From Octopus sinensis (taxonomy: Eukaryota), in NCBI RefSeq assembly GCF_006345805.1, contig NC_043009.1, positions 25,048,001-25,112,000 on the forward strand: a stretch of 64,000 bases of DNA. Direction: 5' to 3'. Position 1 is the first letter of the stretch; each line of letters starts with the position of its first letter. The notes beneath the pieces were generated by a model. That model saw nothing but the letters and a program-made list of their open reading frames with translations, had not been told where the DNA came from and ran no database searches. A program made the position numbers and the translations under genes. Below, piece by piece: positions 28,437 through 41,011 of this stretch.

Positions 28437-28793
28437 TACGCCAGTACCTTTTTTCCCCAGCTTTGTGAATGGAATAATTTTTTTTTTAAATTCTGTGGAA
28501 TGAAAATTAAAATTACGTAAAAAAGTAAACTTGAAACTTTTTTTAGGTCGACACTACCGGGGTTTTGAACTTTGAACACGTAGGTAAGTGGGTTATGGAA
28601 ACAGGAAACTATGTTTGACAAACCACCCATCTATTGTCACGGAAGAAGACGAAGAGAAAAACAAAAAGAAAACAACGAAGGGGCAGACAGGGAGAGGAGG
28701 GAATAAGAAGAAAAGGTGTGGTGGAAAATAGGGGGGGGAGGACAGAAAAACTAAAACAAATGAACGTAAAGAAATATAATTGAATTTCTTAAG

Positions 28794-29030
28794 GTGAACA
28801 TTATCATAATTGCTACCACGATGTGAACATCATCACGAGTGATGCTACAGATAAACATTATCACGTATGATGATACTGGCCAGGAACATTATCGTGAGAG
28901 ATACAAGAGCTGTGAACATTATCGTGAAAGAACTACAAATGTGAACACCGTTAATGTATGTTGACGAACATTATCAGGACACATTATGGAGAGCTGTGAA
29001 CATTATCAGGCTTAACCATTATCATGCGAG
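28794..29030 (+). repeat. Degenerate ~29-bp-period array with conserved GTGAACATTATC core
   Basis: Core starts at 28794, 28823, 28851, 28882, 28912, 28941, 28964 and 28996, with divergent intervening sequence. Confidence 0.65.
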
Positions 29031-30146
29031 ATAGCATTGGGGCAAACGGGATAATGTTAATGATGGTATTGAATTATATAATATCATTGATGATGATACA
29101 GTCGTGAGCATTAACTTGATTGATACTGCAATGACTAAACGTGATTGACTAAATATACAAAAGCACGAAAGCGTTATAATGACTGGGGCTTCAAAGTCGT
29201 TATGATTGATGTTACAAATGTGATCATCATCATCATCATCGTCATAGTAGTAGTTTTAGCACCGACATTTCTGTCTGTATGAACCAGACAGAATTCGTTG
29301 GAGCAGATTTTATATGGTCGGATGCCTTTCCTGCTACCAACCGCCACACAGTTCCTAAGCAAGGTGATATTTCCCCATGACGAAACATGCTGCCATGGAA
29401 GATTAGAAACGAACGATACTGCTTGCTTATCAAGGAGGCTTGTTTACAACAACCATGCAATATCCAGACAAGGTATCTTACAAACACACATGATATAAAG
29501 AAATAAGAGCATTAGAAAATTATCACAAACCAATTATTGCTACTTAAAATGCATTTAGTACGCATGTTTCAAGTGGTTACATAACTTGTTACATAAGTAC
29601 AACCATCATCAGTCAATTACAAGCAAAATGTATCGATGGAATCGTGTCTGCTTCAATATATGGTAGAATTTTAATCAGGAGTCAAATACATGCGGGAAAG
29701 CGTACTGCATCAAAGTTTGTGTTTGCATGTGAAAGAGAATAAGAAAGAGGGGGGGGAGTTCTTTTTGTTCCCATCTACCACGTCCACCCACGAGGCTTTG
29801 GTTGCCCTAGGGCTAGAGGTAGCAGACACTTGAGTGAGGTGCCATACAGTGGGACTGAACCCAAAACCATATGGTTTGGAAGCTAACTTTTTAAAAACGT
29901 AGCCACGCATTAAAATAACATGTAAAGACAAACACGTTTGATGTGATTGACAGATGTCATACAACCCACTTTATGAAAATTATCAGGTGTGATACGACAG
30001 GTGTGTACATTTATTTAAAAAGCTGGAGCAAAAATGGAACGTCTTCCAACCAAAGCTTTCTTAGTGAAGTTAGTAGATGGAAACTGAAAGAAGCCTACAT
30101 ATATACATACATATATATATATTATATATATATACACATATATGTG

Positions 30147-30194
<48 letters not shown>

Positions 30195-31403
30195 ATATAT
30201 GCATATATATATACACACATACATACAACACACAAATAATATATGTACACATAGAAATATGTATATAGACATGCACACACACACACACATACATGCACAT
30301 ATATGTATATATATCAACATACATATAATACACCTGAAAGAAATCAACGGTGATCACAACTGTTTGATGAATGGTAACATAAAACTCTGAGTAACAGTTT
30401 GTGATGATTTTTTTTTTTTTTTGCAGCTTTAATAACAAAGCATACTTACTGCTCTACCTTCGGTATTCGAGTACCATTTTCACCACCTTGCTTTGTCTTT
30501 AAGTGTACATACAATACATACATATATGCATATAGAAGTGTATGGTTGTGAGTAGCTTTGTCTTCATATCACTTGATTGCGACACGAAAACAAGAGTACT
30601 CACATGTGGTGTTGTTCATTTCTCCATGTTTGTTTATACATGGGTATAGGTAAATATCACCTTGCTTGGAAACGGTGATGTTTGTCAAGGGCAAAGGCAT
30701 CCAGCCGTAGAAAAAATGCCCCAATGAATTCTGTCTGACCCATGCAAGCAGAGAAAAGTTGACATTACGACGATGGTGATGCTGGAAGTGATTACAACAG
30801 ATGTGACGTACATTATCTTAGTAAATAACTACAGATGAAAAGTAATCAGGGCAGATATAAAAGCTGTTAAAATTTTAACAGGATTAATAAACAAAGACAT
30901 AAGTATTAACAGGATTTCATAGGACAGCTGATGAGGATTATCAAAATTAATACAAAAGAGGTGAAAATCATAGGGATTAATTAGGAAGATGCAAGCATTA
31001 TCTTCATTCATGCGAGTCATGAAAACACGATTGTGATTGATATGACAGATGAAACACAGATTCATGATAGATACAACAGCTGTGAATATTAACGGAATCC
31101 CTAATAAAGAAAATTATATCATATGATTATACTACAGCTTGGAGCATTATCATTATTGATAATAGAGATGGGGCTATGATTTCAGACATTATTGCTTTTG
31201 ATAAAATGGATGAGAATAATATAGTAATTTTCATTGGTGTTCAAGTGTGGAGGACACGATTGGATTTTCCATGTTAGCCAAAGATATAACAAAAACACAC
31301 ATATATCTATGTATCTAACTCTGTGTGTTTTCATTGAAAATGTGTTTCTATATAAATGTAAATGCTATCCCAAATAAAATTGCACTTCATATTTATTTTT
31401 TAA

Positions 31404-31473
31404 GCTCTGATGAAGCTATAGGGCGATACACAAGCAGTCAATTATGAGTCTTATGGAAGAAACAACTGTTAGC
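31404..31473 (+). ncRNA. Penelope-type hammerhead-like motif (degenerate, long stem II)
   Basis: GCT-CTGATGA...GAAACAACTGT-T-AGC, giving stem I GCT/AGC and a near-palindromic stem III. Confidence 0.45.
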
Positions 31474-32407
31474 TGATAATGTTCATGACATAATTTCCTA
31501 TTATTTTAATTTCATATGTGTGTGTCTGTGTGTATATATATGTATATATATATATATAGTTTTGGGGAATATCTCGAAGCAAATGCTTATGGATAAACCT
31601 GATAACACACAAATATAGGGTCGAAAACACTTTTGGAAAGCGAAAGGCAAAGGCTGAATTTTGCTATCCAAGACTTACAAACCATTATTTATAGCTTTGT
31701 GTGTACGAGTGTGTGCACCAACATGTTCCAAACAGAAGAATTATTTCATGATCTCTCCAAAGTTTATAAACTGCTTATGATGTCAACAATGCACACACAC
31801 ACACAGCTATACATACAATCATTACCACCAATATATATATATATATATATATACACAAAAATGCAAGTATATACAAGCTCATATATATATGTATGTCTAT
31901 ATACTAATGCATGTATATAAAAATCTACTGTTTCCTCAGTACACATATAAACATATATATGCAACTCCACACACAAACACATATATATATATAACTACAT
32001 ATACAAGAATAAATGCATACATCAATGTGCCTATATATATATATTATATATATATATATATAGACACACGCATATAGACATGTAAGTATATATAGATACA
32101 TGTGTATGTGAATTAATAACTGAATACAAAAAGGCACATGTATAACATGTATATGTTTGTGCATATATATGTGTGTGTGTGTGTGTGTATATATAAATGT
32201 GTGTATACAACATATATAGATACATATTCCATTATGTATTGTAACCTATAAAGATATGGTTATGCATACAAACATACATACATACACATTATAGATATAT
32301 ATTATATACATATATATAATATATATATATATAAAGAGAGAGTGTGTGTGTTAAAAGTGGTGTTTATATGTGTTCACATACACATGAAAATTATATATAT
32401 ATATAGA

Positions 32408-32507
32408 NNNNNNNNNNNNNNNNNNNNNNNNNNNNNNNNNNNNNNNNNNNNNNNNNNNNNNNNNNNNNNNNNNNNNNNNNNNNNNNNNNNNNNNNNNNNN
32501 NNNNNNN
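32408..32507. other. Assembly gap (100 N)
   Basis: Run of N. Confidence 1.
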
Positions 32508-32719
32508 TGTGCTTGTGTATGTGTATAAGAGAGAAAGAGAGAGAGAGAGAGAAAGCGAGAATTTAAGAATTAGAGAATAGAGGATTAGGATTAGGCGATA
32601 TAAAGGAATGAAGTGAATGTAATAGAATGGAATATAACAGAGGATATTAAATCGAACAGAAATAGGAATAGAATGAACAACAGAATGAAGGAATGAACGG
32701 ATTGTCGTTGTTGATGTTT

Positions 32720-33230
32720 TAAAACCCAGGTCAGCCCTGATCAAGCAGACCAACTACACACAAAGTGATTCCAGCTGTGACCATCCTGTATTATTTTTTT
32801 TCACCTTTAGTTTTGGACACTATATATCTAGGACTACATTCTGCAGTGAGTGTTTTCCTTCTTTTAAAGGGTATGTGTGATAAGAGAGTGATTTGGTTAT
32901 TATTTCCAGGAGGCCAAACGACCCTCGGTAGAAAACGTTTCCTGATTGGCTCGCATATTGTTGTTCTTCTTCTTCTCCTCGTTATTGTTGTTGTTATTGT
33001 TGTTTAACCCCAGGTCAACCCACAGTGAGCTGATCGAGCAGGCTTATGATTAAAGACATTCCACTTGTGACCATTCCGCCTTTTTAACGGTATGTATGTA
33101 TGCAAGATTGAATACATTATCCGATGTGACGTTTCCAAAATTTCAGGCGATAAGTTTTAAGTTGCGCGTGTGATATTTGAGGGAGATTTAGCTGACATTT
33201 CTAGCAGATCAGCGACCACGTAGAGGACAT
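32720..33230 (-). mobile_element. Two tandem copies of an interspersed repeat (family D, SINE-like)
   Basis: Each copy has AACCCCAGGTCA.CCC..GATC.AGCAG at one end and GATTT.GCT..ATTTCTAGCAG..CGACC at the other. Related fragments lie at ~13605, ~19515 and ~46280. Confidence 0.5.
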
Positions 33231-34284
33231 ATTTTTTTTATTGTATTGCAAAGTGGTTGATTTGTATGTGTTTATGCATGTGAATGTGTGTGTGTGTGAA
33301 TATATATGTGGATGTGTGAGAGAGATTTTTGTTGATTCTGCACACCGAAAGAATGGTATGTGTAGGTGATGGTGTGGTGGTGGTGGTGGTGGTGGTGGTG
33401 GTGGTTAAAATGATAGTGACGCTGGGGGTGTTGTTTTGAACCGGTGATAGCGGTGGTATTGCTGGTGGTGGTGGTGGTGGTGCTTCTGCTGCTGCTGCTG
33501 GTCAGTTAGCTTGGTCAGTAAAGATAGAAGAACGTCCGTGTAGTAATGACGATGACCATGAAGATAATGATGATGATAGTAGTAGTAGCAGCAGCAGCAG
33601 CAGCAGCAACAGTGGCTGTGGCATTGGTAGGGGCGTCGAAATGATACCAGTTGTGGCGGAGGGGATGGTGGGGACAGTAGATCTTGTGGTGATGGTGATG
33701 GGGAAGATAGTTAAACTGGTGGTGGTGGTGGTGGTAATGGTGGTGGTGGTAATGGTGGCGGTGGCGTTGGCGGTGTGGCACTTTCAGCAGCAACAGCAGC
33801 AGCAGCAGTCGGAGTCAGTAGCGGCTGTAATGTCGAAAGGGCGGTGAAAGAGAGGAGAGCAAACGGACAGACAGAGTAAAAGAGAAAGAGTAAGAGTGAC
33901 AAGAGAGAGAGAGAGAGAGTGTGAGAGAGTAAGAGTGAAAATAAGAGAGAGATAGAAAGAGAAAGAGGGGAACGGGATGAATAGTGGGGTTAGAGAGGGT
34001 TTAGAATTTAAAAAGCAGAATTATTGTTCCGGTTCGTTATGAGGGAGAGAGAGAAAAACTGGAGAGGAATAAGGGAGCGATTAAGATACAAACGGACAGA
34101 CAGAAGGAAGAAGTAGAAAGGAGAGGGTGAGAAAAAAAGGTAACCTTAGAATTAGTTGAAGAGAATGTAGAGAGAGAGGCAGGGATAGGGATTTAGGTTT
34201 TGGTTTTGGCTTACAACTAGCAGAAACGAACTTGGTGGTTTATATCTGAAAAGCACTACATTTGAGGCAGGTAGTAGGTGGGTG

Positions 34285-34285
<1 letters not shown>

Positions 34286-34334
<49 letters not shown>

Positions 34335-34542
34335 CATACATACACATACATACATACTACATACATACACAGACAGACAGACAGATAGATAGATACATAG
34401 ATACATACATACATACATACATACATACATACATACATACATACAAACATACATACATACACAGTTAGATAGATAGATAGATACATACATACATACATAC
34501 ATACATACATACAAACATACATATATACACAGACAGACAGAC

Positions 34543-34573
<31 letters not shown>

Positions 34574-34584
34574 GACAGACAGAC

Positions 34585-34639
<55 letters not shown>

Positions 34640-34660
34640 CAGATAGACAGACAGACAGAC

Positions 34661-34720
<60 letters not shown>
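34286..34720. repeat. Compound (GATA/CATA/GACA)n microsatellite
   Basis: Direct reading. Confidence 0.95.
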
Positions 34721-35145
34721 GTGTTAAACACTAAAGTGTAGTGAGATAAAAAAGATATCCAACGTTAATTACTTGTGATATCGGTCACCTTAGAGTTTAT
34801 TCGCACATAGGCACGCGCGCGCACATGGTACTCGGATATATTTCCGCAGGTAAGCTTACACACGTTATAAAGAACACATACATACACAACAAGGCACACA
34901 GACGCACACACATTTATAAAACCACGAATATATCACCCTAAACACACATAAAAGTTGATGACACACAAATACACACTAAAGGTTCTACACACGCATAGTC
35001 TTCCATGCACACGTACTTTACACACATCTATACACACACTCAAAGGCGTACGGTAACCACACTACAAAACCAACACACATCTACAGTCAAAACCTCATAC
35101 ATACATATATGCAATCACGTCCTAATCACACACGTATATTTATAT

Positions 35146-35215
<70 letters not shown>

Positions 35216-35272
35216 ATATTAAAATAACTAAGTCTCTCTAAAAGAGAACAGCGGCAGCGTTCCCGGAAAATA

Positions 35273-35420
35273 ATAGTTATCGCCATACTAATATGGCATT
35301 CTTATAAAAATAAGAAAAAAGCTGTCCGCTTATTAGCTAACTTAAGGCGATGGCCTCATGGAGCTAATAAGCGGACAGCTTTTTTCTTATTTTTATAAGA
35401 ATGCCATATTAGTATGGCGA

Positions 35421-35427
<7 letters not shown>
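35273..35427. repeat. Perfect 66-bp inverted repeat with 23-nt spacer
   Basis: ATAGTTATCGCCATACTAATATGGC...TTATTAGCT / AGCTAATAA...GCCATATTAGTATGGCGATAACTAT. Confidence 0.9.
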
Positions 35428-35502
<75 letters not shown>

Positions 35503-35524
35503 CTATTACATACTATACACCTGC

Positions 35525-35744
35525 TTTTCAATGGGCTTCTTTCATTTCCGTCTACCAAATCCACTCACAAACTTTGGTCGTTGTTCCCGAGGCTATAGTA
35601 GAAACACTTGCCCAGGTGGTTTACAGTGGGACTGAACCCGGAACCATGTGGTTGGTAAGCAAATTAGCTCCTTTAACCACACACCCCCTAATCTATATAT
35701 ATATATATATAATATATAATATATATATATATATAATATATATA

Positions 35745-35790
<46 letters not shown>

Positions 35791-35810
35791 TATATATATA
35801 TATATTATAT

Positions 35811-35843
<33 letters not shown>

Positions 35844-36520
35844 TAGGAGTGGCTGTGTGGTAAGGAGCTTGCTTACCAACCACATGGTTCCGGGTTCAGT
35901 CCCACTGTAAACCACCTGGGCAAGTGTCTTCTACTATAGCCTCGGGCCGACCAAAGTCTTGTGAGTGGATTTGGTAGACGGAAACTGAAAGAAGCCCGTC
36001 GTATATATGTATATATATATGTTTGTGTGTCTGTGTTCCCCCCACCCACTCATCGCTTGACAACCGATGCTGGTGTGTTTACGTTCCCGTAACTTAGCGG
36101 TTCGGCAAAAGATACCGATAGAATAAATACTAGGCTTACAAAGAATGAGTCCTGAGGGCGATTTGCTTGGCTAAAGGCGATGCTCCAGCATGGCGGCAGT
36201 CGAATGACTGAAAAGAGAATAAGCGAATATGTATATATACAATTCTTTTATTCTTATACTTGTTTCAGTCATTTGACTGCGACCAAGTTGGAGCACCGCT
36301 TTTAGTCGAACAAATTGACCCCAGGACTTATTCTTTGTAAGCCTAGTTCTTATTCTATCAGTTTCTTTTGCCGAACCGCTAGTTTACGGGCACGTAAACA
36401 CACCAACAAACACAGGCACATAAATATATGCACACACATATATTTATACATATACATATATACGACGGGCTTCTTTCAGTTTCCGTCTACCAAATCCACT
36501 TTGGTCAGCCCGATAGCTAC
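35525..36520. mobile_element. Three SINE family A copies in alternating orientation (-, +, -)
   Basis: 35525-35685 (-), 35845-36215 (+), 36245-36520 (-). Confidence 0.8.
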
Positions 36521-36608
36521 AGAAGGTATCACGCAATATGTGTGTGTGTGATTATTTGGTAAGCAGTGTCGATTTAACAATTCTGTAAATAATAATAATA
36601 ATATTAAT

Positions 36609-36672
<64 letters not shown>

Positions 36673-36802
36673 TTCCTTAAGCTGAAAGCTTATAAGCGAT
36701 CACTGTACATTGATTAAGATAAATTAGAGCATATAAGGCCGCGACGGAAAAAAATTAACGCTTTTCGTACACGTGGGACGCGAACCTACAGTTCTATGTA
36801 TC

Positions 36803-36847
<45 letters not shown>

Positions 36848-37809
36848 GTATGTATATATGTATACACATATTTTCTCACTCACTCGAACGCACGCGCGCA
36901 CACACACAAGTTGGACGCATGAGCTAACAACCTTACAGACACACACACACACACACACACACACACAAGCCTTAGAGACCCTCGTAAACCTCCCCCTTTC
37001 CACAGCGAATCAACACACACACACACGCACAGGCCTACGTAAATAACGGAAGAGCATAAGGCGAACACACAGACACATGCGTCCGGTAAGAGGAGTCACA
37101 CACGCGCGCGCAGACAACTTAAAACACACAACACTCGGACACATACACACACAGGCATCGTCTCACACACCCTCATGCACACACAGGAATCTTCTCTCAC
37201 ACGTACACACACGCTAACAGACAACTATACACACGCACTCATTGTCCAGATTAAACACGTTTGTCGCTCACAGAAGCATACACATACATACACACACACA
37301 CGTACATGTATTTCTTTACTACCCACAGGGGCTAAACACAGAGGGGACAAACAAGGACGAACAAACGGATTAAGTCGATTACATCGACCCAGTGCGTAAC
37401 TGGTACTTAATTTATCGACCCCGAATGGATGAAAGGCAAAGTCGACCTCGGCGGAATTTGAACTCAGAACGTAGCGGCAGACGAAATAAGACGGAAACTT
37501 ATGCACGCGCACGGTCACAAACACCTACACATGCGCGCGAGCGCCACTGTGTGTGCGTATGTGTGCAGGTACGTGCGTGTTTGCGTGACTGTGTGTGTGT
37601 GCATGTGTATGTGCGTGTGTCTGTGTGCGTATGTGTGTGTGCAGATGTTTAAATTTAGCTGTATACGAGCATACGAAAGTATGTATGTGTGTGTGTGTGT
37701 ATGTTTATGTATGTCTGTGTATGTATGTGTGTATGTGTGTGTGTATGTATGGATGGATGTGTGTGTATACGTATATGAATATGTGTGTGCATTTATATAT
37801 ATATTATAT

Positions 37810-38040
37810 ATATGCTTTATTTAAAGCAGCAGAAATTCAACAAAACCTGTTACTCTGAGTTTCCGTTGCCGTTCATCGGACAGTTTTTGCTAGAAAAACT
37901 GTCCGATGAACGGCAACGGGAAACTCAGAGTAACAGGTTTTGTTGAATTTTTGCTGCTTTAAATAAAGCATATTACTCTACCACTGGTATTTGAGTACTC
38001 TTTTTACCACCTTGTTTCACATTTATGTGTTTACTCCGGT
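37810..38040 (+). mobile_element. Penelope-like inverted pseudo-LTR palindrome with a hammerhead-like motif in each arm
   Basis: ~75-bp arms (37810-37973) around TTTTTGCTAGAAAAA. Motif CTGT-CCGATGA...GAAACTCAGAGT-A-ACAG. Single-arm relatives at ~1295-1360 and ~30358-30500. Confidence 0.7.
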
Positions 38041-38399
38041 ATATATATATATATATATATGAGTGTGTTATCTTTTAGTTTCAGAAATTTGATTGCAGCC
38101 ATGCTGAGGCATCGTCTCGCACACACACACACACACATACCAACTTATATGAATATTTATAAGTAAATATATAAAGTATTATTACTGTTAAAAACGGCAA
38201 TAATGAGATGGCTACCAAGACTTCTACCTAAACAGGTATAATATGAAATAGTTGAAGAAAAAAAGGGTAAAGATATCGCTTGCTAAAAATGAAAACGAAA
38301 GCTTAAAAAAAACAGCAATTCTACTATAAATACACGCACGAGCAATGTAATGAACATTTTAAAAAATAGTCCCACCTTCAGGATGGAATTTGAAAGTAG

Positions 38400-38700
38400 C
38401 TTACTACATACCCCATATAGAAATGAAAACAAAAAAAAATGGAACAAGAATGTAACAGACGACAACAAAACATCCGGACAGTTAGACGATACAAAAAAAA
38501 AGGACAGGAAAAAACAAGAACGGGTCATTCGGAGCTTTCTATCTTCAGTCGAGTTCCAGATCGTCGTTGCAGTTTCGGACGGTTACACTCGAGACGGTCC
38601 TGGAAGTGTATAAAGATAGGGTATTTCCAATGAAGTATTCAACCCGAGTACTGGGTGATCAGCACCGTAGGATTCCAGACTAATGCTGAAATTCTTGAGG
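38400..38700 (-). mobile_element. Penelope-like remnant
   Basis: CTCGACTGAAGATAGAAAGCTCCGAATGACCCG resembles the repeat at ~62500 and ~63190 (CTTGACTGAAGATTGAAGGCTTCGAATGTCCCG). An upstream frame has an HPxxGLN-like end. Confidence 0.4.
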
Positions 38701-38769
38701 TGTAGAAAATTCTTGTTTCATGGCAGTAAAACCGTTGTGTGAATTTAGCGAAGAGTAAAATATAATCCA

Positions 38770-39142
38770 AATAATAGCACTCAGAGAGCGCAAACCTCCG
38801 CCAAGGCAACACCAACGTCCTCTCAACGATTTGCTGGAGATGATTTTTAAAATGAGAATATCTTAAATAAACTCGACTACTTTCACAAATGAGATTGCTA
38901 AAACTCGACCCGACCGCTCTCAAAAGTTAAGTAAAAAACCAGGGAACATAATCTAAAATCTTTGTTCGGTACCGGATCAATCGCAAAATCTAATCAGTTC
39001 GTGCCAGTCACGAGGTCTAACATCCCTGAAAATTTCGTCCGAATCTACCCAGTGGTTCTTGAGATATCTTGTCCACCGACAAACAAACAAACAAACACGA
39101 CTGAAAACAATACCACCGCCTTCGCTAAGGCGGAGGTAATAA
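38770..39142 (-). mobile_element. Non-autonomous Helentron/DINE-1-like element (HINE)
   Basis: Subterminal inverted repeats ACCTCCGCC / GGCGGAGGT, 5' hairpin CCGCCTTAGCGAAGGCGG, internal (GTTT)n, 3' GCGCTCTCTGAGTGC stem-loop, and T-rich insertion sites. A fragment also lies at ~6075-6235. Confidence 0.7.
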
Positions 39143-39708
39143 TAAAACAAAGAAATACTTTAAAACAACTTTAATGATTCTTTGCAATTGTTCCCGTACC
39201 ATCTTTGCTTACAACGGCAGTTTACGCAAAAATTCGAAGTGAAAATTTTCGTAATGTTTGTGGTTTTACACATTAGAATAGCACTTTGTTAGAATTGCAC
39301 CAAAGGTGCGCCTTTACATTGTGCGTATTCCAGACGTGATTTTCCACTTCTGTCGGGAGGAAACAAAAAGTAAATAAAAGTACGGTTAGGGGATTAATAA
39401 TTATTATAAAGAACATGCGAGAACAAGAAAAGGCTAAGGTGGAAGGAGAAGCACGACGGGCTTCTTTCAAACCTGCTCACAAGACTTTGGTGAACCTGAG
39501 GGTATAGTAGAAGACACTTGTCCAAAGTACCGTACTGTGGGACTGAACCCGGAACGATGTGGTTGGGAAGCAAACTCCTTATAACACAGCCACACCATAA
39601 GTTTTTTTTTTTTATTAAAAATCGTCATGTATATATATATATATATATATATATTGGCGATTTTTTTTCCTCCGTCTTCCTTTTCTCTTGGACTTTCCTC
39701 AGTCTCCT

Positions 39709-39743
39709 GTTTCTGACGAAGAGCTTTGCTCGAAACGTAAAAC
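39709..39743 (+). ncRNA. Minimal type I hammerhead ribozyme motif in a ~200-bp pLTR-like repeat (39650-39830)
   Basis: GTTT-CTGACGA-A-GAGC-TTT-GCTC-GAAACGT-A-AAAC: conserved core, 4-bp stem II, palindromic ACGT stem III, GUA cleavage triplet and stem I GTTT/AAAC. Confidence 0.7.
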
Positions 39744-39924
39744 TACTTTTCTTTCCTTCCCTGAGCGTCTGCTAATACTTTGCATGTATCACGCCCTCGC
39801 GTTGTTGTTTTATGTTGTATTTTACCTCTTTTGGGGGGGGATGGATTATATATATATGTATGTATTATATGTATGTATGTGTGTGTGGATGTATGTATGT
39901 ATGTATGTATGTGTGTATGAATGT

Positions 39925-40240
39925 GACCACCACCACGTGACCACGTGACCGACCAGGCTATCAGATGTTGCTACACATCGCTGGTCACAATGCGCTTCGC
40001 ATTGTTTTAGCCTTCAGATGACGCCACCCCGCTGGCTAAGCGAGCAGGCCAACAGAAGAAAGATGAGAGACAGTTGCGGCGAAAGAGTACAGCAGGGATC
40101 GCCACCATCCCCTGCCGGAGCCTCGTGGAGCTATAGGTGTTTCCGCTCAATAAACACTCACAACGCCCGGTCTGGGAATCGAAACCACGAACCTACGACC
40201 GCGAGTCCGCTGCCCTAACCACTGGGCCATTGCGCCCCAA
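39925..40240 (-). mobile_element. tRNA-derived SINE, family E (tRNA-Arg-like head), well preserved
   Basis: Minus strand GGGGCGCAATGGCCCAGTGGTTAGGGCAGCGG...GGTTTCGATTCCC (A and B boxes), with a GGTCACGT/GGT repeat tail. Confidence 0.75.
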
Positions 40241-40582
40241 CGTGTATGAATGTATGTATGTATATATCAGCAATGTGACCACACTTGTGCTGTTGGCGAT
40301 TTCCTTTCCTTCTTTGGACTTATCTTCTTTCTCCTTTCCGATGAAGAGCTATGCTCGGAACATCAAACTCTCTCTTTTTACCAGCGTCCAGCTAATGCAT
40401 TCCCCGTCTACGTCCTCTTGTTGTGCATTATTTTTACTCGTTTATTTGAATTTACCAAGGACTTATTTAAATGATATATATATATAAAGTTAATCCAAAC
40501 ATGAAAACATAATGAGAAAACACAACAACGCGAGGACGTGGAACAAGTATAGACGCTCAGGAAAGGAAAGAAAGAAGGAGGA

Positions 40583-40616
40583 TTTAACGTTTCGAGCGGA
40601 GCTCTTCGTCAGAAAC
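40583..40616 (-). ncRNA. Minimal type I hammerhead motif in a pLTR-like repeat (40490-40685)
   Basis: Minus strand GTTT-CTGACGA-A-GAGC-TCC-GCTC-GAAACGT-T-AAA. A degenerate plus-strand copy lies at ~40335-40370. Confidence 0.7.
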
Positions 40617-40764
40617 ATAGGAAAAGGAAAGATCCAAGGAAGGGAAGACGGAGGAAAAAAAATCGCCAACGGTACACACGCGGTCACACACGCACACACA
40701 CACACACACACGCACCACACACACATACACACACACACACACACACAAACACACACACCACACA

Positions 40765-40812
<48 letters not shown>

Positions 40813-41011
40813 TATTTAAATAAGTCCTTCGTTAGATACTGCCAATGTCAAAATGCATATCAGATGACATCAGGTATGCATTTGAACTGTGGACGAGCTT
40901 TGCATAGCATCCTAAAAGGTTTTTACCCGAATCTGATTTAACTTATGCTTACATGTGTGTGTGTGTGTTGAGAGGGCTATGTGTGTGTATCCATACATAC
41001 ATACATACATA

